A stretch of DNA of 64,000 nt from Candidatus Latescibacterota bacterium. Lineage in GTDB: Bacteria; Latescibacterota; UBA2968; UBA8231. The DNA lies in contig CBDFJF010000001.1 of NCBI GenBank assembly GCA_965248265.1, forward strand, positions 1,088,001 through 1,152,000, written 5' to 3'. A model generated the notes under the pieces. It made no database searches, had not been told where the DNA came from, and saw nothing but the letters and a program-made list of their open reading frames with translations. This document shows, piece by piece, positions 19,591 to 29,433 of this stretch (the first letter of the stretch is position 1; each line of letters begins with the position of its first letter). The translations under genes and the position numbers were made by a program.

Positions 19591-19990
19591 CCTGTCATTT
19601 TTCACCGAGATAACGGATGAACAAGTCTCTACGCACTCCGTGCGCGCTGCCAAGCTCTCGGTCGTTTTGGCGCCCAGCTCGGCGCCGCGCGCCGCCGACT
19701 GACCCGCGGATCCTATATATCCGACGGGCGACCCAGCAAGCTTGCAAGAGCACACATAATCTACCATAATGAGGGATTCAATGCTCATCGTCCGCACAGC
19801 CACTGCCGATGACGCAGATGCTATCTCCGCATCAACCATGAGCGGCACAGTCTTCAAGTGCATTACCTCATATTTACAAGCAAGGGTTTTGCGAGGGCTT
19901 CCCTGTCAAGCCGTCTTATATCAGTCAATCGCTCGCATCATTGGACCCAATTGCTTGAGTAAGATTAATGATTGAAGAAAGGAGAATGAA

Positions 19991-20770
19991 ATGTGCTGCA
20001 AGATTTTTTCTTGTATTTTCGTTTTCTTGTCAATCAGTTCTTCAAGTTATGCTGAGGGAAAAACCATTAAGATTGCAACCTTGGAGGACTATGCTCCTTT
20101 TTGTATGACTGTGGGAAAATTCCAATCAGATCAGATCATCCCAGTAGGTAAGGATGTTGTGGGATTTTAGGGCTATAGTTGGGATGTCTTAAGAGAAAGT
20201 TTTCATGAAATGGGATACACCATCCATTTGTCAATTACTCCCTGGGCAAGGGCTATGAAGTATGTCAGAAATGGAGAAGCAGACATCCTTTTTCCAGCTG
20301 GGAAAAACACTGAACGAGAAGGGATCTTTGATTATTCTGAAGAACCGGTTAATCAGGCGAATTTCTTGATTTATGTCCGAGTGGATGATCCAATCGAGTG
20401 GGGAGGGTTGGAATCCCTCAAAGGATTAGTAATTGGTGTAAAGCGAGGATTTAATTATGGAGATAGGTGGAAAGCAGCGACAGATATCAAAAAACGTGAT
20501 GTTGGTAAGATTTCAGCTGGGTTTACCATGCTGGCCCAAAAACGGCTAAACGGATTCCTCGGATACGAGCATAGTTGGGACTATGTCCTAAAGCAGGAAA
20601 ATTTGACGGCTAAATATAGAAAACTTCCCGCTTTTGATTCCTCAGCAGAGTATTTAGTAGCACTTAAAGGTAATCCAAAGGGCATAGATTTTCTAGAAGC
20701 TTTTGATACTGGAAAGGAACGACTTAATAAGAGTGGAAAATTAGAGAGCATAATGAGTAAATGGTTCTGA
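19991..20770 (+). pseudogene. AT-rich family 3 solute-binding protein with one in-frame TAG
   Basis: AGGAG RBS, ATG 19991, signal peptide, TLEDYAPF, then GF*GYSWDVL (TAG 20168-20170) in frame with ORF 20210-20770 (PWARA, RGFNYG). Confidence 0.85.
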
Positions 20771-21137
20771 AATCGAGCTTGTTTTACACACTATGTCATG
20801 CAGCCTGCCCGCAATGTCGACTGGACTGGGTGCCGGAAAAGAGGCCGTACTGCACACCGCGCAGAGCCTGCTGCACGACCACGTTGCGGCACGTGCCCAT
20901 GGCCCGGCTAATGCCTGGATAGACCGCCAACGGTTGTCGACAGGTGGCGAAACAGGTGCGACCATGCCAGTGGCAGACGATCCCAGGTTCGACTTCCAGT
21001 TCTTCACGCTACAGGAGATGGCCGACGCCGCTGGCGCCGCCGGAGGGATTCCCGGCAGCAGAGAAGACGCGTCATTCCTCGTGGAATATATTCCATGACA
21101 GATGACACGCATCAGCTCTATTGCTAACCCAGCCCCA

Positions 21138-21371
21138 CTATCCCTGCACAAGCCACCTTATGGGGCCTACGGCCTGCAGGATGAATCCCGCAGTGACAAG
21201 AACGACGCCGACCGATCCGTGGCGCGTGAACCTACGCCTGTACACGGGACTTCCTTCCTTATTGCCCAGGGTAATCGCTCCCACCCTCGAAACGTACAGA
21301 GCCAGGAGCCACACACCGAGGATGTCCAGCAGAAGCCCTACGGTCGTCGTTGTAGCTGTGAGTTGATCCAT
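21138..21371 (-). CDS. Small two-TM membrane protein
   Basis: 77 aa, two hydrophobic helices (GLLLDILGVWLL; GVVLVTAGFILQ). Confidence 0.55.
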   Translation of the reverse strand: MDQLTATTTTVGLLLDILGVWLLALYVSRVGAITLGNKEGSPVYRRRFTRHGSVGVVLVTAGFILQAVGPIRWLVQG

Positions 21372-21485
21372 GAACACGCCGTGTCCTAATCCGGCACGTC
21401 GCAACTGGCGCTTGGTGAGCCCCGGCGCATTCTCCGGCAAGGAATGTGACTGCGACCCCGAACTCACCCTGGACCAAATCCCGCT

Positions 21486-22679
21486 GTGGCGCCAGCAGGC
21501 GGACACGAACTAACCAAAACGTCGCCTATGGCCTGCCAACGCCGCAAGGACACACCACAATGCGATGGCGAGAAGCACTCACCCGACCGGCCCGAGGACG
21601 AACCCACTCTGGCCGGCGAGGAGTGGGTGGAATGGGATGGCGAGTTAATCTGGGCTGTGGAGTTCACCTCCGGCGGTGCGCCCATCGGCCTGACCGAGAG
21701 GCAGTTTCGCCAGATCAACGCGCAGTTCGACGCAGGAGCGGGCTGGGCACGGGCCAAGGCGCTGCTCGCATGGGCCTTCGCTGCGAGTTCGCCCCCTGAT
21801 GCGCATGTCGACGTTGGCCGGGTCAGGAAGGTCGGTGAAGGGCTTTTCCGGGAAGTGTATGCCGCCCACGTGGACGTGTCTCCCGATCCCGAGGCCGTGA
21901 GCGGCGTGTGGGCCGTCCTTCTTCCCGACCGTCAGGCGACGCCGGAGGATGGCCAGCGCTGGATTCGCGAAGTCTGGATACTCGGACAGCTCGCGCGGTT
22001 GCAGTTGCCGTTCCGGGTCCCTGCTGCGCTTGGCGCCTTCCCGGTGGGAGACCGCCCTGCCACGATCCGGCAGTTCATTGAGGGGATTCCCGTGGACCTG
22101 AGAGTGGGCCGCATGCGAAGTGTCCGCCCGGCTGAGTTGGTGGGGCAGATCGCCGCCGCCATCCACGCCATTGACGTCACCGATTGGCCGCACCGCCTTC
22201 CCGGCGGTCATACGCGGCGCGCACACGGCGAGGAGATGCTGCAGGCTTTCGACGACCTCGCAACAACCGAGATCGAGCCGGCCCGAGAGTGGGCCATGCA
22301 TAACCTACCCCCAGATCGACCGGCCGCGTTGGTTCACGGTGACCTCCTGGGGCAGAACATCCTCGTACATCCGGACCAATCCCCTACCGTGATCGACTGG
22401 GAGTTCTGCCGTATGGGGGATCCCGCGTACGACCTGGCGATCGTCACGCGCGGCATCCGCCGGCCGTTCCAGATGGCGCGCGGCCTCGACCGCTTGCTCG
22501 AGGCCTATGCCGCCGCCGGGGGCGATGCGATCACGCGCTCGCAGGTCCACTTCCACGAGCTCTGCCTCAGCGCGCAGTGGTATCGCCAGGCGCAGCGCGG
22601 AAGCGGCTCCGAGCCGCCCGAACAGGCGTTAGCCAGGCTGCGTCGCATTGTGGGTCGCGCGGAGGCATCGACGCATTGA
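21486..22679 (+). CDS. Aminoglycoside phosphotransferase/choline kinase-like (APH family) protein; start uncertain
   Basis: LVHGDLLGQNIL, VIDWE, GDPAYDLA motifs. Confidence 0.8.
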   Translation: MAPAGGHELTKTSPMACQRRKDTPQCDGEKHSPDRPEDEPTLAGEEWVEWDGELIWAVEFTSGGAPIGLTERQFRQINAQFDAGAGWARAKALLAWAFAASSPPDAHVDVGRVRKVGEGLFREVYAAHVDVSPDPEAVSGVWAVLLPDRQATPEDGQRWIREVWILGQLARLQLPFRVPAALGAFPVGDRPATIRQFIEGIPVDLRVGRMRSVRPAELVGQIAAAIHAIDVTDWPHRLPGGHTRRAHGEEMLQAFDDLATTEIEPAREWAMHNLPPDRPAALVHGDLLGQNILVHPDQSPTVIDWEFCRMGDPAYDLAIVTRGIRRPFQMARGLDRLLEAYAAAGGDAITRSQVHFHELCLSAQWYRQAQRGSGSEPPEQALARLRRIVGRAEASTH

Positions 22680-23090
22680 GCCAGATGCCAAGAAAACCAG
22701 CCCCTGAATTCACCCTCGCCATGCCCGGCAAGCCCGCGAAACACCCATCCAGCCTTTACAAAAACCCCAGGTGTCCACTCGACACCAAGCCCCGAGCGAT
22801 CTAGACTACTGAAAAATGGCCGCTTGTCGTGCCTATCCGTTCGTATCGAGATAACTATGGTACGCAGCACGAGGAAGATGGCTTTGCTATGGAGATCGCT
22901 GCAGCGAGTGGTAACGTTTACTTTACGGGGAGTGATAACCAACCACCTCGTCCTGCAAGCCAACGTGTCAAGTAACAGGATTTCACTCGCCCGGTTCCTT
23001 TTGCGAGGGGGCAGGGCCCTACAGATATGTGCGAAGGCAGGTATGATTGGTAGGAATATCAAGGGCACGCTGGAGCTGTTGATCGTATGC

Positions 23091-25235
23091 ATGACGTCGT
23101 CAATCATCCAAGCTTTCCTGCTTTGCCTCATGGTGTACCCTGGCCTCGCCACGGCGGATGAAGAGCCGGGTGCGGCGGGAACTACCTGGCTGTACGACCT
23201 GTCTCTGGGGGAGTTGGCGAATGTGGAGATCACCTCTGCCGCCAGATCCTCGGAGAAGATCGAGGAAATTCCCGCAAGTGTCGTCCTGATCACGCGCCAA
23301 GAGATCGAGTCGTACGGGTACACTACGTTGACGGAACTGCTTGCACATATCCCCGGCCTTTATCTGATCGACGACTACCAGGAAGGTGCGAAACTGGGCC
23401 TGCGGGGGTTCTGGTCAGGCGTGACTAACCGCAATATCATCGTCCTCGTAGATGGGGTGAAACAGGTTGAGGATCGGGATCAAACGAACCCGCTGAACAA
23501 GATCGCGATGCCGGTAGAGTCCATCGAGCGGATCGAGGTGGTACGCGGGCCCATGAGCGTAATCTACGGCCCGGGCGCGCTTTTCGGCGTGATCAACATC
23601 ATTACCCACAAACCGGGGGGTGAATCGTCAAATCGAGTGTCGGCGTCGTACGGCCAACTCAACACTGGACGAGCTTTCGTCAGTGTCGTGGACAAGGTGG
23701 GTGAGCTGAAGTTCGCACTCAACTCGACACTCTACGGCACCGATGGCATCGATGAGCCCTACAGCCGCATCCAGAGCACGCCGTCTCCGGGGACCGCCGG
23801 GCTCAGCACCGAGAACAGGCTTGAAGATAAGGAGCGATATCTCAATCTCTCGGGGTCGTTCAGAGGTTGGTTTTTCGACACCAGCTTCGTCCGCTCGGAG
23901 AAGGAGTTCTTCTTCCCCCTCCCGGCGGTGGTGGATGGCTCGCTGCGAACGACGGAGGCAGTAAACCTGGCGGGAGGCTATGCAATGGAAGTCTCGCCGA
24001 CCCTTTCACTGGATGGCAAGCTATTCTACTCGAGCAATGATGCCCACCTCCGCTACGACGTGCGCCGGCCAGACTGGGACGGCAACCAGCGCTGGAAGTC
24101 GTCGGCTCTGGAACTGGAGTTGAATGCGTTCTGGCAACACGATGAGACGCTCGATGTCACGGTGGGAGTGAACCGGCGGTCCGTCTTCGATCTGTCCGAT
24201 CGTTTTCACATTCCGTCCTCCGGGTTCCCCAGCACACAGCATGCGGAGCGGTTGCTGGTTGACGGAGATCACATCGTCACGCAGGCACTGTTTTCGCAGG
24301 CGAGCTACCATCTGTCAGACGCCCTGTTGCTGGTTGCTGGGTTGCGTGCCGAGCAGCAGTTACCGTACCGGCTCAGCAACTCAAGTGCGGCAGGGCTCCC
24401 CGAGTTTTCTTTTCGGGAAGGCAAGTTCAACGAAGACGGGATCACTCTTATCCCGAGAGCGGCGGCGATATACAATGTGAACGACCGGCATATCATCAAG
24501 GCGATGTACGGCGAGGCCATCAATCGGCCGTCCTTCCTGCAAAACATCACGAACACGCTCGACCCAAATCGGGACAGTCTGGAGCCCGAGAAAATTCAGA
24601 CGGTGGAACTGAATTACATAACGACTCCGGCGCAGAGGATACGCATCAATCTGAGCCTGTTTCACAACACCCTCACTGACCTGATCACACGGCAGGCCGA
24701 GTTCGTCGGCGGCGACTACACGACGTTCTCCGGCAACGGAGGCAGGCTGGTCACCCATGGCATTGAGATGACGGTGCAAAGCCGCCCTGCAGAGGCCCTG
24801 GGAGTCGAGGTCAGCGGTACCTATCAGTCTACCGACGACGAGGACGCTGTGGATCGCAGCGTCGCGTACTCTCCCAATATGCTGGGGTATATGAGGGCCC
24901 TGTACAGCGTCTCAGAAAAAACCAGCATCGCTCTGACGGGGAACTACGTAGATGGCATGCGGCCATACTATGACATCACATTGGTGGATCCAAACCTGGG
25001 CGTGGAGGGCGAGCAGAAGGGGCGAATCGGAAACAGTGTGGACGGCTACTTCACATTAGGGGCGAACCTTCGCACTTGGGATTTCTACTACCCAGGGGTT
25101 TACGTCAATATCAGAGGATCGAACCTACTCGGCAGCACGATCCGCTATCCGAGCTTCACGACGAACGCGTGGGCGGACAAAGGTACTCTGGGCACGGGCA
25201 GAGCAGTGCTGGCGACGATGGGCTGGGAGTATTGA
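23091..25235 (+). CDS. TonB-dependent outer membrane receptor
   Basis: LSLGELANVEITSA, PASVVLITRQEI, IERIEVVRGPMSVIYG plug, PEKIQTVE, aromatic C-terminus. Start estimated. Confidence 0.9.
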   Translation: MTSSIIQAFLLCLMVYPGLATADEEPGAAGTTWLYDLSLGELANVEITSAARSSEKIEEIPASVVLITRQEIESYGYTTLTELLAHIPGLYLIDDYQEGAKLGLRGFWSGVTNRNIIVLVDGVKQVEDRDQTNPLNKIAMPVESIERIEVVRGPMSVIYGPGALFGVINIITHKPGGESSNRVSASYGQLNTGRAFVSVVDKVGELKFALNSTLYGTDGIDEPYSRIQSTPSPGTAGLSTENRLEDKERYLNLSGSFRGWFFDTSFVRSEKEFFFPLPAVVDGSLRTTEAVNLAGGYAMEVSPTLSLDGKLFYSSNDAHLRYDVRRPDWDGNQRWKSSALELELNAFWQHDETLDVTVGVNRRSVFDLSDRFHIPSSGFPSTQHAERLLVDGDHIVTQALFSQASYHLSDALLLVAGLRAEQQLPYRLSNSSAAGLPEFSFREGKFNEDGITLIPRAAAIYNVNDRHIIKAMYGEAINRPSFLQNITNTLDPNRDSLEPEKIQTVELNYITTPAQRIRINLSLFHNTLTDLITRQAEFVGGDYTTFSGNGGRLVTHGIEMTVQSRPAEALGVEVSGTYQSTDDEDAVDRSVAYSPNMLGYMRALYSVSEKTSIALTGNYVDGMRPYYDITLVDPNLGVEGEQKGRIGNSVDGYFTLGANLRTWDFYYPGVYVNIRGSNLLGSTIRYPSFTTNAWADKGTLGTGRAVLATMGWEY

Positions 25236-25254
25236 GGAGGCCCAACCGATCAGT

Positions 25255-28248
25255 ATGAACAGGATTCTCATTCCGCTTTTGAACCGGGTGCCAAAGGCAT
25301 TGGGTCCTCACTGCGGAAGCACAGCAGGAACGACAGGACGACTAGAAATGCCAGGCCACAAAAGCTGCACAGAAGGTTTTGCAAAGATTGCACGACATTT
25401 GAGCCTAGGCTTGCTGATGTTTCCTGGACTTGCTACTGCCCAATCCATGTCACCGGTTCAGGTGAAGGCCGCGTACGTCTACAACTTTCTGAAGCACATT
25501 GAGTGGCAAGGCGAAAATACTGTGTCTCGCTTTGTTGTGGGCGTGTACGGAGAGGACGAGGTGCTCTACCGGGAGTTGTCGTCGACGCTTCCCAAAATGA
25601 GCGTGAAAAAGAAGGGGATCCAGATCGTACAGTTGTCGGATATCGATCAGGTGAAGTCGGTGCATCTGTTGATGGTTGCCGAATCCGAGAACACCGGCAT
25701 CAGGACAATCGCGAATAGTGTCCGCCGCACCAACACGCTGCTGGTTACGGACAATTGCGACGACAGGCAGGCGATCATGATAAACTTCAACTCACGCGGC
25801 GCAGATCGGATTGGGTTCGAGGTCAACAAGCCGAATATTGTGTACGAGGGGCTGAAGTTCTCCCCGGATATCCTGCTCGCAGGAGGTACCGAGCTGGATG
25901 TCGCTGAGCTGTACCGTGAGATGGAGGCTTCTTTGCAGGAGACCCGCGAAACGGTAACGGCACAACAGACAGAACTCGGACGGCAGCGAGATGAAATTGA
26001 GTCGAGGGAAGTAGAGATAGAGAGCCAAGAACGGCGCTTGGCCGAACAGAACTACCAGATCAAAGAAAAGGAAACACTGTTGAGCGGCCTCGAGAGCCGG
26101 CTTGCGGATGAGCGTTCCGTTCTTGTGGGAAACCAGAGCCGGATGGATGAGTACGAATCCGAACTACGTGTCAAACTGGATACTTTGGCAGCGAAAGAGG
26201 CGCAGGTGAACGCCCTGGCAACCGAGATCAGTGGCAGCTCCGCCGTACTTGAAGAGCAGAAGAGGCAGATCAGCAGCCAGAAGGAACAGATCAAACAGCA
26301 GCAAGAGAACCTGGAGACGCAGGGTTCGACCATACAAGAACAGGAAGCGCTGCTACTGGGTGGAGGCATTATTCTGCTTTTGGTGATCGCACTTGGGGGG
26401 GTGATCACCTGGAGCTATAGAGTGAACCGAAACACTTCGGTTGCGCTTGCAGAACGTGAGGCGAGGTTCCGATTCATCTTCGAACACTCAGGCAGTGCCC
26501 AGATTGTCTACGACGACAATGGCATCATTGACTGTAACGAAGCCGCCGTGAGATTCTGCGGCTGTGACAGCAAGGAACAGCTTCTTTCGCGCCAACCCTA
26601 CGAACTCTCGCCGAAGTACCAACCGGATGGGCGGTCTTCGGAGGAAGCCGGATTAGAGATGAGGGCAATTGCCCGCACCCAAGGAACGCACCGATTCGAA
26701 TGGACGGCCCGCAAGGCGGATGGCCGGGAATTCCCGACAGAGGTCAGCCTGGCCTTGGGGCATCTGGAGGGCAGACCGGTCATTCTGGCGGTGGTGAGTG
26801 ACCTTACCGAGCGCAAGCAGGCTGAAGAGGAGATCCGAGCGGCTAAAGAAGAAGCGGAGCGTTACGCGGAACAAGCCGAGTCAGCGAACCAGGCCAAGAG
26901 CGAGTTTCTGGCGAATATGAGTCACGAGATCCGGACTCCTTTGAACGCGATTCTGGGATACACTCAAATTATGGAAGGCGCGTCCGATCTGCCCGAACAC
27001 CATCGCAGATCTCTGGAGACCATCGGCGACAGCGGCGAACACCTGCTGGGTCTTATCAACGATATTCTCGACATCTCCAAGATCGAAGCCGGTCAAGAAA
27101 TGCTCAACTCCGTTGACTTCGATCTTCTAGGCATGGTCAACGGTCTGGGCAGCATGTTTGAGATGCGCTGTCAGCAGAAAAAACTGGACTGGAAGCTGGC
27201 AGTGGACGTCTCCACAGGCAATGTTTACGGGGATGAGGGCAAGCTGCGCCAGGTGCTGATCAACCTGTTGGGCAATGCGGTAAAATTCACGCAGGCAGGG
27301 GAGGTAGGACTGAAGCTCGAGGCTCTCGACGAGGATCGATATTCGTTCGAAATATGGGACACGGGGCCCGGTATTCCCGAGGAAAGAAAGAAGTCGGTCT
27401 TCGAGCCATTTCAGCAGGAAGACGAAGGCATGCGGCAGGAGGGGACTGGTTTGGGTTTGGCCATTTCTCTACGGCACGCGCAGATGATGGGCGGAAAAAT
27501 CGGGCTGGAGTCCACCGGCGGAGAGGGCGCTCGATTCACCCTTACGCTAACCTTGCCGCCCGGCAAGGAATCGGCCGAAGAGGAGGCTTCGACTGATTGG
27601 TCTCGGGTGGCCCACCTGGCCCCAGGCAGCTCTGTGCGGGCAGTGGTCGTGGATGACGTAGAAGCCAACCGGGATGTTCTCTCGCAGATGCTGACCCAAA
27701 TCGGCGTGGAAGTAGAGACTGCTGAGGATGGCGCACAAACGCTGGATCTAATTCGGCGGGAGATGCCCAACATCGTGTTTCTGGATATTCGCATGCCCGT
27801 GATGGACGGCCCCGAGACGCTGGAGCGCCTGCTCGACGAGTATGGCCCGGATGCGACGGTGATGGTTGCGGTGACGGCGTCGGTGTTTGATCATCAGCGT
27901 GAGCAATATCTCAATATGGGGTTTCGTGATTTCATCGACAAACCGTTACGCGTCGAGCAGATCTATGCATGTCTTGCCAGACACCTGGGAGTGGACTTTG
28001 TACGCAAGGATCCGGTGCAACCAACTTCGCGAGAGATGCTGACGCCGGAAGCTCTCTCTGAGTTGCCAGCCGACTGGCTGGCGGCACTGCTTCAGGCAGC
28101 GTCCGAGGCCGACGCCGAGGGGACGTTGGACCTTCTCAGGCAAGTGGAAGAGCATGAAGCCCTGGTGGGGGCGCTGACAGACTTAACCCGTGACTTCCAG
28201 TTCAACAGAATCATAGACTTGATTCAAGCCGTAGAGGCAACGCCCTGA
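25255..28248 (+). CDS. YfiR/DUF4154-like domain - coiled coil - TM - PAS - HisKA - HATPase - REC; true start probably downstream
   Basis: VKAAYVYNFLKHIEW, TLLVTD..MINF..FEVN (YfiR-like), long Q/E-rich heptads, SHEIRTPLN, GTGLGL, receiver. Confidence 0.88.
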   Translation: MNRILIPLLNRVPKALGPHCGSTAGTTGRLEMPGHKSCTEGFAKIARHLSLGLLMFPGLATAQSMSPVQVKAAYVYNFLKHIEWQGENTVSRFVVGVYGEDEVLYRELSSTLPKMSVKKKGIQIVQLSDIDQVKSVHLLMVAESENTGIRTIANSVRRTNTLLVTDNCDDRQAIMINFNSRGADRIGFEVNKPNIVYEGLKFSPDILLAGGTELDVAELYREMEASLQETRETVTAQQTELGRQRDEIESREVEIESQERRLAEQNYQIKEKETLLSGLESRLADERSVLVGNQSRMDEYESELRVKLDTLAAKEAQVNALATEISGSSAVLEEQKRQISSQKEQIKQQQENLETQGSTIQEQEALLLGGGIILLLVIALGGVITWSYRVNRNTSVALAEREARFRFIFEHSGSAQIVYDDNGIIDCNEAAVRFCGCDSKEQLLSRQPYELSPKYQPDGRSSEEAGLEMRAIARTQGTHRFEWTARKADGREFPTEVSLALGHLEGRPVILAVVSDLTERKQAEEEIRAAKEEAERYAEQAESANQAKSEFLANMSHEIRTPLNAILGYTQIMEGASDLPEHHRRSLETIGDSGEHLLGLINDILDISKIEAGQEMLNSVDFDLLGMVNGLGSMFEMRCQQKKLDWKLAVDVSTGNVYGDEGKLRQVLINLLGNAVKFTQAGEVGLKLEALDEDRYSFEIWDTGPGIPEERKKSVFEPFQQEDEGMRQEGTGLGLAISLRHAQMMGGKIGLESTGGEGARFTLTLTLPPGKESAEEEASTDWSRVAHLAPGSSVRAVVVDDVEANRDVLSQMLTQIGVEVETAEDGAQTLDLIRREMPNIVFLDIRMPVMDGPETLERLLDEYGPDATVMVAVTASVFDHQREQYLNMGFRDFIDKPLRVEQIYACLARHLGVDFVRKDPVQPTSREMLTPEALSELPADWLAALLQAASEADAEGTLDLLRQVEEHEALVGALTDLTRDFQFNRIIDLIQAVEATP

Positions 28249-28359
28249 ATTGGCGTGAATCGGCTGTCTCCCTTGGATCGACAGGGCGCTGGCAGAAGTG
28301 ACTGTCCGACGCGACGCTGGGAGTGAAGTCTGCGTGTCGGTTGCCAGCAGGCGATCCGT

Positions 28360-28620
28360 TTACCCATTCCGATCGTCGCTGTTTGTCCCAGAAGATTGAA
28401 AATTGCACGGCCTCCTCCTCCACGACCGCCGTCGTTGTTGCGCGGAATTGGTAAAGGCCGTCCCCAGTCGCCACCAGAACCAGGCCGGGCTAAGTCGGGT
28501 GTACAGCCAGGTCATTGAACCATGGCACTCCGCCAGGGCGTCTCCGATCGAACGCCAGTCGTTTCCGGCGTTGTCGCTTTGAAAGATCGATCTTGCCGAA
28601 TCAGGCCCCTTCCCAACCAA
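28360..28620 (-). pseudogene. Fragment of a BNR/Asp-box beta-propeller protein
   Basis: IFQSDNAGNDW (Asp-box-like) and, in another frame, VATGDGLYQF. No credible start; abuts the repeat at 28625. Confidence 0.45.
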
Positions 28621-28624
28621 CAGC

Positions 28625-28903
28625 GCTGACTGGCTGGCACCGCTGCGCGCACAGATGAAGGTGGTTTTTATTACTGGCTACCCGGGAGACGATGCGCTAC
28701 AGAATCTCTTGGCAAACTCGGATTTCGCTTTTCTAGCCAAGCCGTTCACGCGTACTGCACTGCTCACCAAGGTCCGGAAGAGTCTGGACAGCTAGCTGGA
28801 AATACCCACTTCTGCCTGTACCCCACTGCTACGCAACTGCTCGATCTCCCTCTTCAGCGCCTCAATCTGCGTCTCGTAGTCCTTGGTGACCGAGGGCCAC
28901 TCC
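28625..28903. repeat. Direct repeat copy 2 (orphan receiver 3' fragment plus intact gene end)
   Basis: Encodes ADWLAPLRAQMKVVFITGYPG...KPFTRTALLTKVRKSLDS* with no upstream gene body. Confidence 0.9.
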
Positions 28904-29433
28904 TCCTCCGTGAACCGTGGCGTGATGTGTTGCGGGCAGTTCCAATCGAAGGCCGCAACCTTGAACACGAACGCCCGTTCGATCTTGCCTTTGTAGCCAG
29001 GGTTTTCCAGCTGCAGTTTGAGATCTGGCCGCTCGTCGATGTCGAAGACATCTGCACGAGCCGCAATCTTCAACCTCTTCTTGTTCGCGTAGTCCATGAA
29101 GAAGAGAGCCACGCGGTTGTCGTGTCGGAGATTGCCCGTACTGATGTACTGCAGGTTGCCGCGAAAGTCAGCGTAGGCCAGCGTGGTGTCATCGAGCACC
29201 TTGAGGAACCCCTGCGGACCACCTCGAAATTGTAGGTATGGCCAGCCCGTATCGCTCACCGTGGCCATGTAGAAACCATCGCGTTGGGCGATAAAGTCTG
29301 ACTCCCTCTCAGTGAGATGGGCATCCGGCCAGTCCATGGCCTCCATCTTCTTGTTCTGCCGTCTAGTCCCGTAGTGTTCTTGAGTCTGTTTGACGCCGTC
29401 CGTGTACATGATTTGCGGATACTTGCGGGTCAT
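28792..29433 (-). CDS. Pyridoxamine 5'-phosphate oxidase-like FMN-binding protein
   Basis: FYMATVS.TGWPY.Q.RGG..GFLKVLD, ADFRGN.QYIS.GN, FDWNCPQHIT. Confidence 0.88.
   Translation of the reverse strand: MTRKYPQIMYTDGVKQTQEHYGTRRQNKKMEAMDWPDAHLTERESDFIAQRDGFYMATVSDTGWPYLQFRGGPQGFLKVLDDTTLAYADFRGNLQYISTGNLRHDNRVALFFMDYANKKRLKIAARADVFDIDERPDLKLQLENPGYKGKIERAFVFKVAAFDWNCPQHITPRFTEEEWPSVTKDYETQIEALKREIEQLRSSGVQAEVGISS

Noticed and set aside
19585-19975. Short ORFs on both strands, one starting like a GNAT (MLIVRTATADDADAIS)
   Set aside because: The similarity lasts about 16 residues with no acetyl-CoA motif; at most a fragment.
10814-20170. Stop-codon readthrough or alternative genetic code suggested by two SBPs with in-frame stops
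   Set aside because: The stops differ (TAA and TAG), both codons end many intact genes here, and no recoding signal is visible. Nonsense mutation or error is simpler.
20793-21098. 101-aa ORF after the AT-rich SBP
   Set aside because: No RBS or recognisable motif; possibly a gene remnant but unsupported.
22680-23090. Possible IS end or long N-terminal extension of the TonB receptor
   Set aside because: No terminal repeat pair or transposase found; the extension lacks signal-peptide character.
25920-26345. Repetitive CAG/GAG-rich DNA as a tandem repeat or array
   Set aside because: Explained by coiled-coil codon bias; no fixed-period nucleotide repeat.
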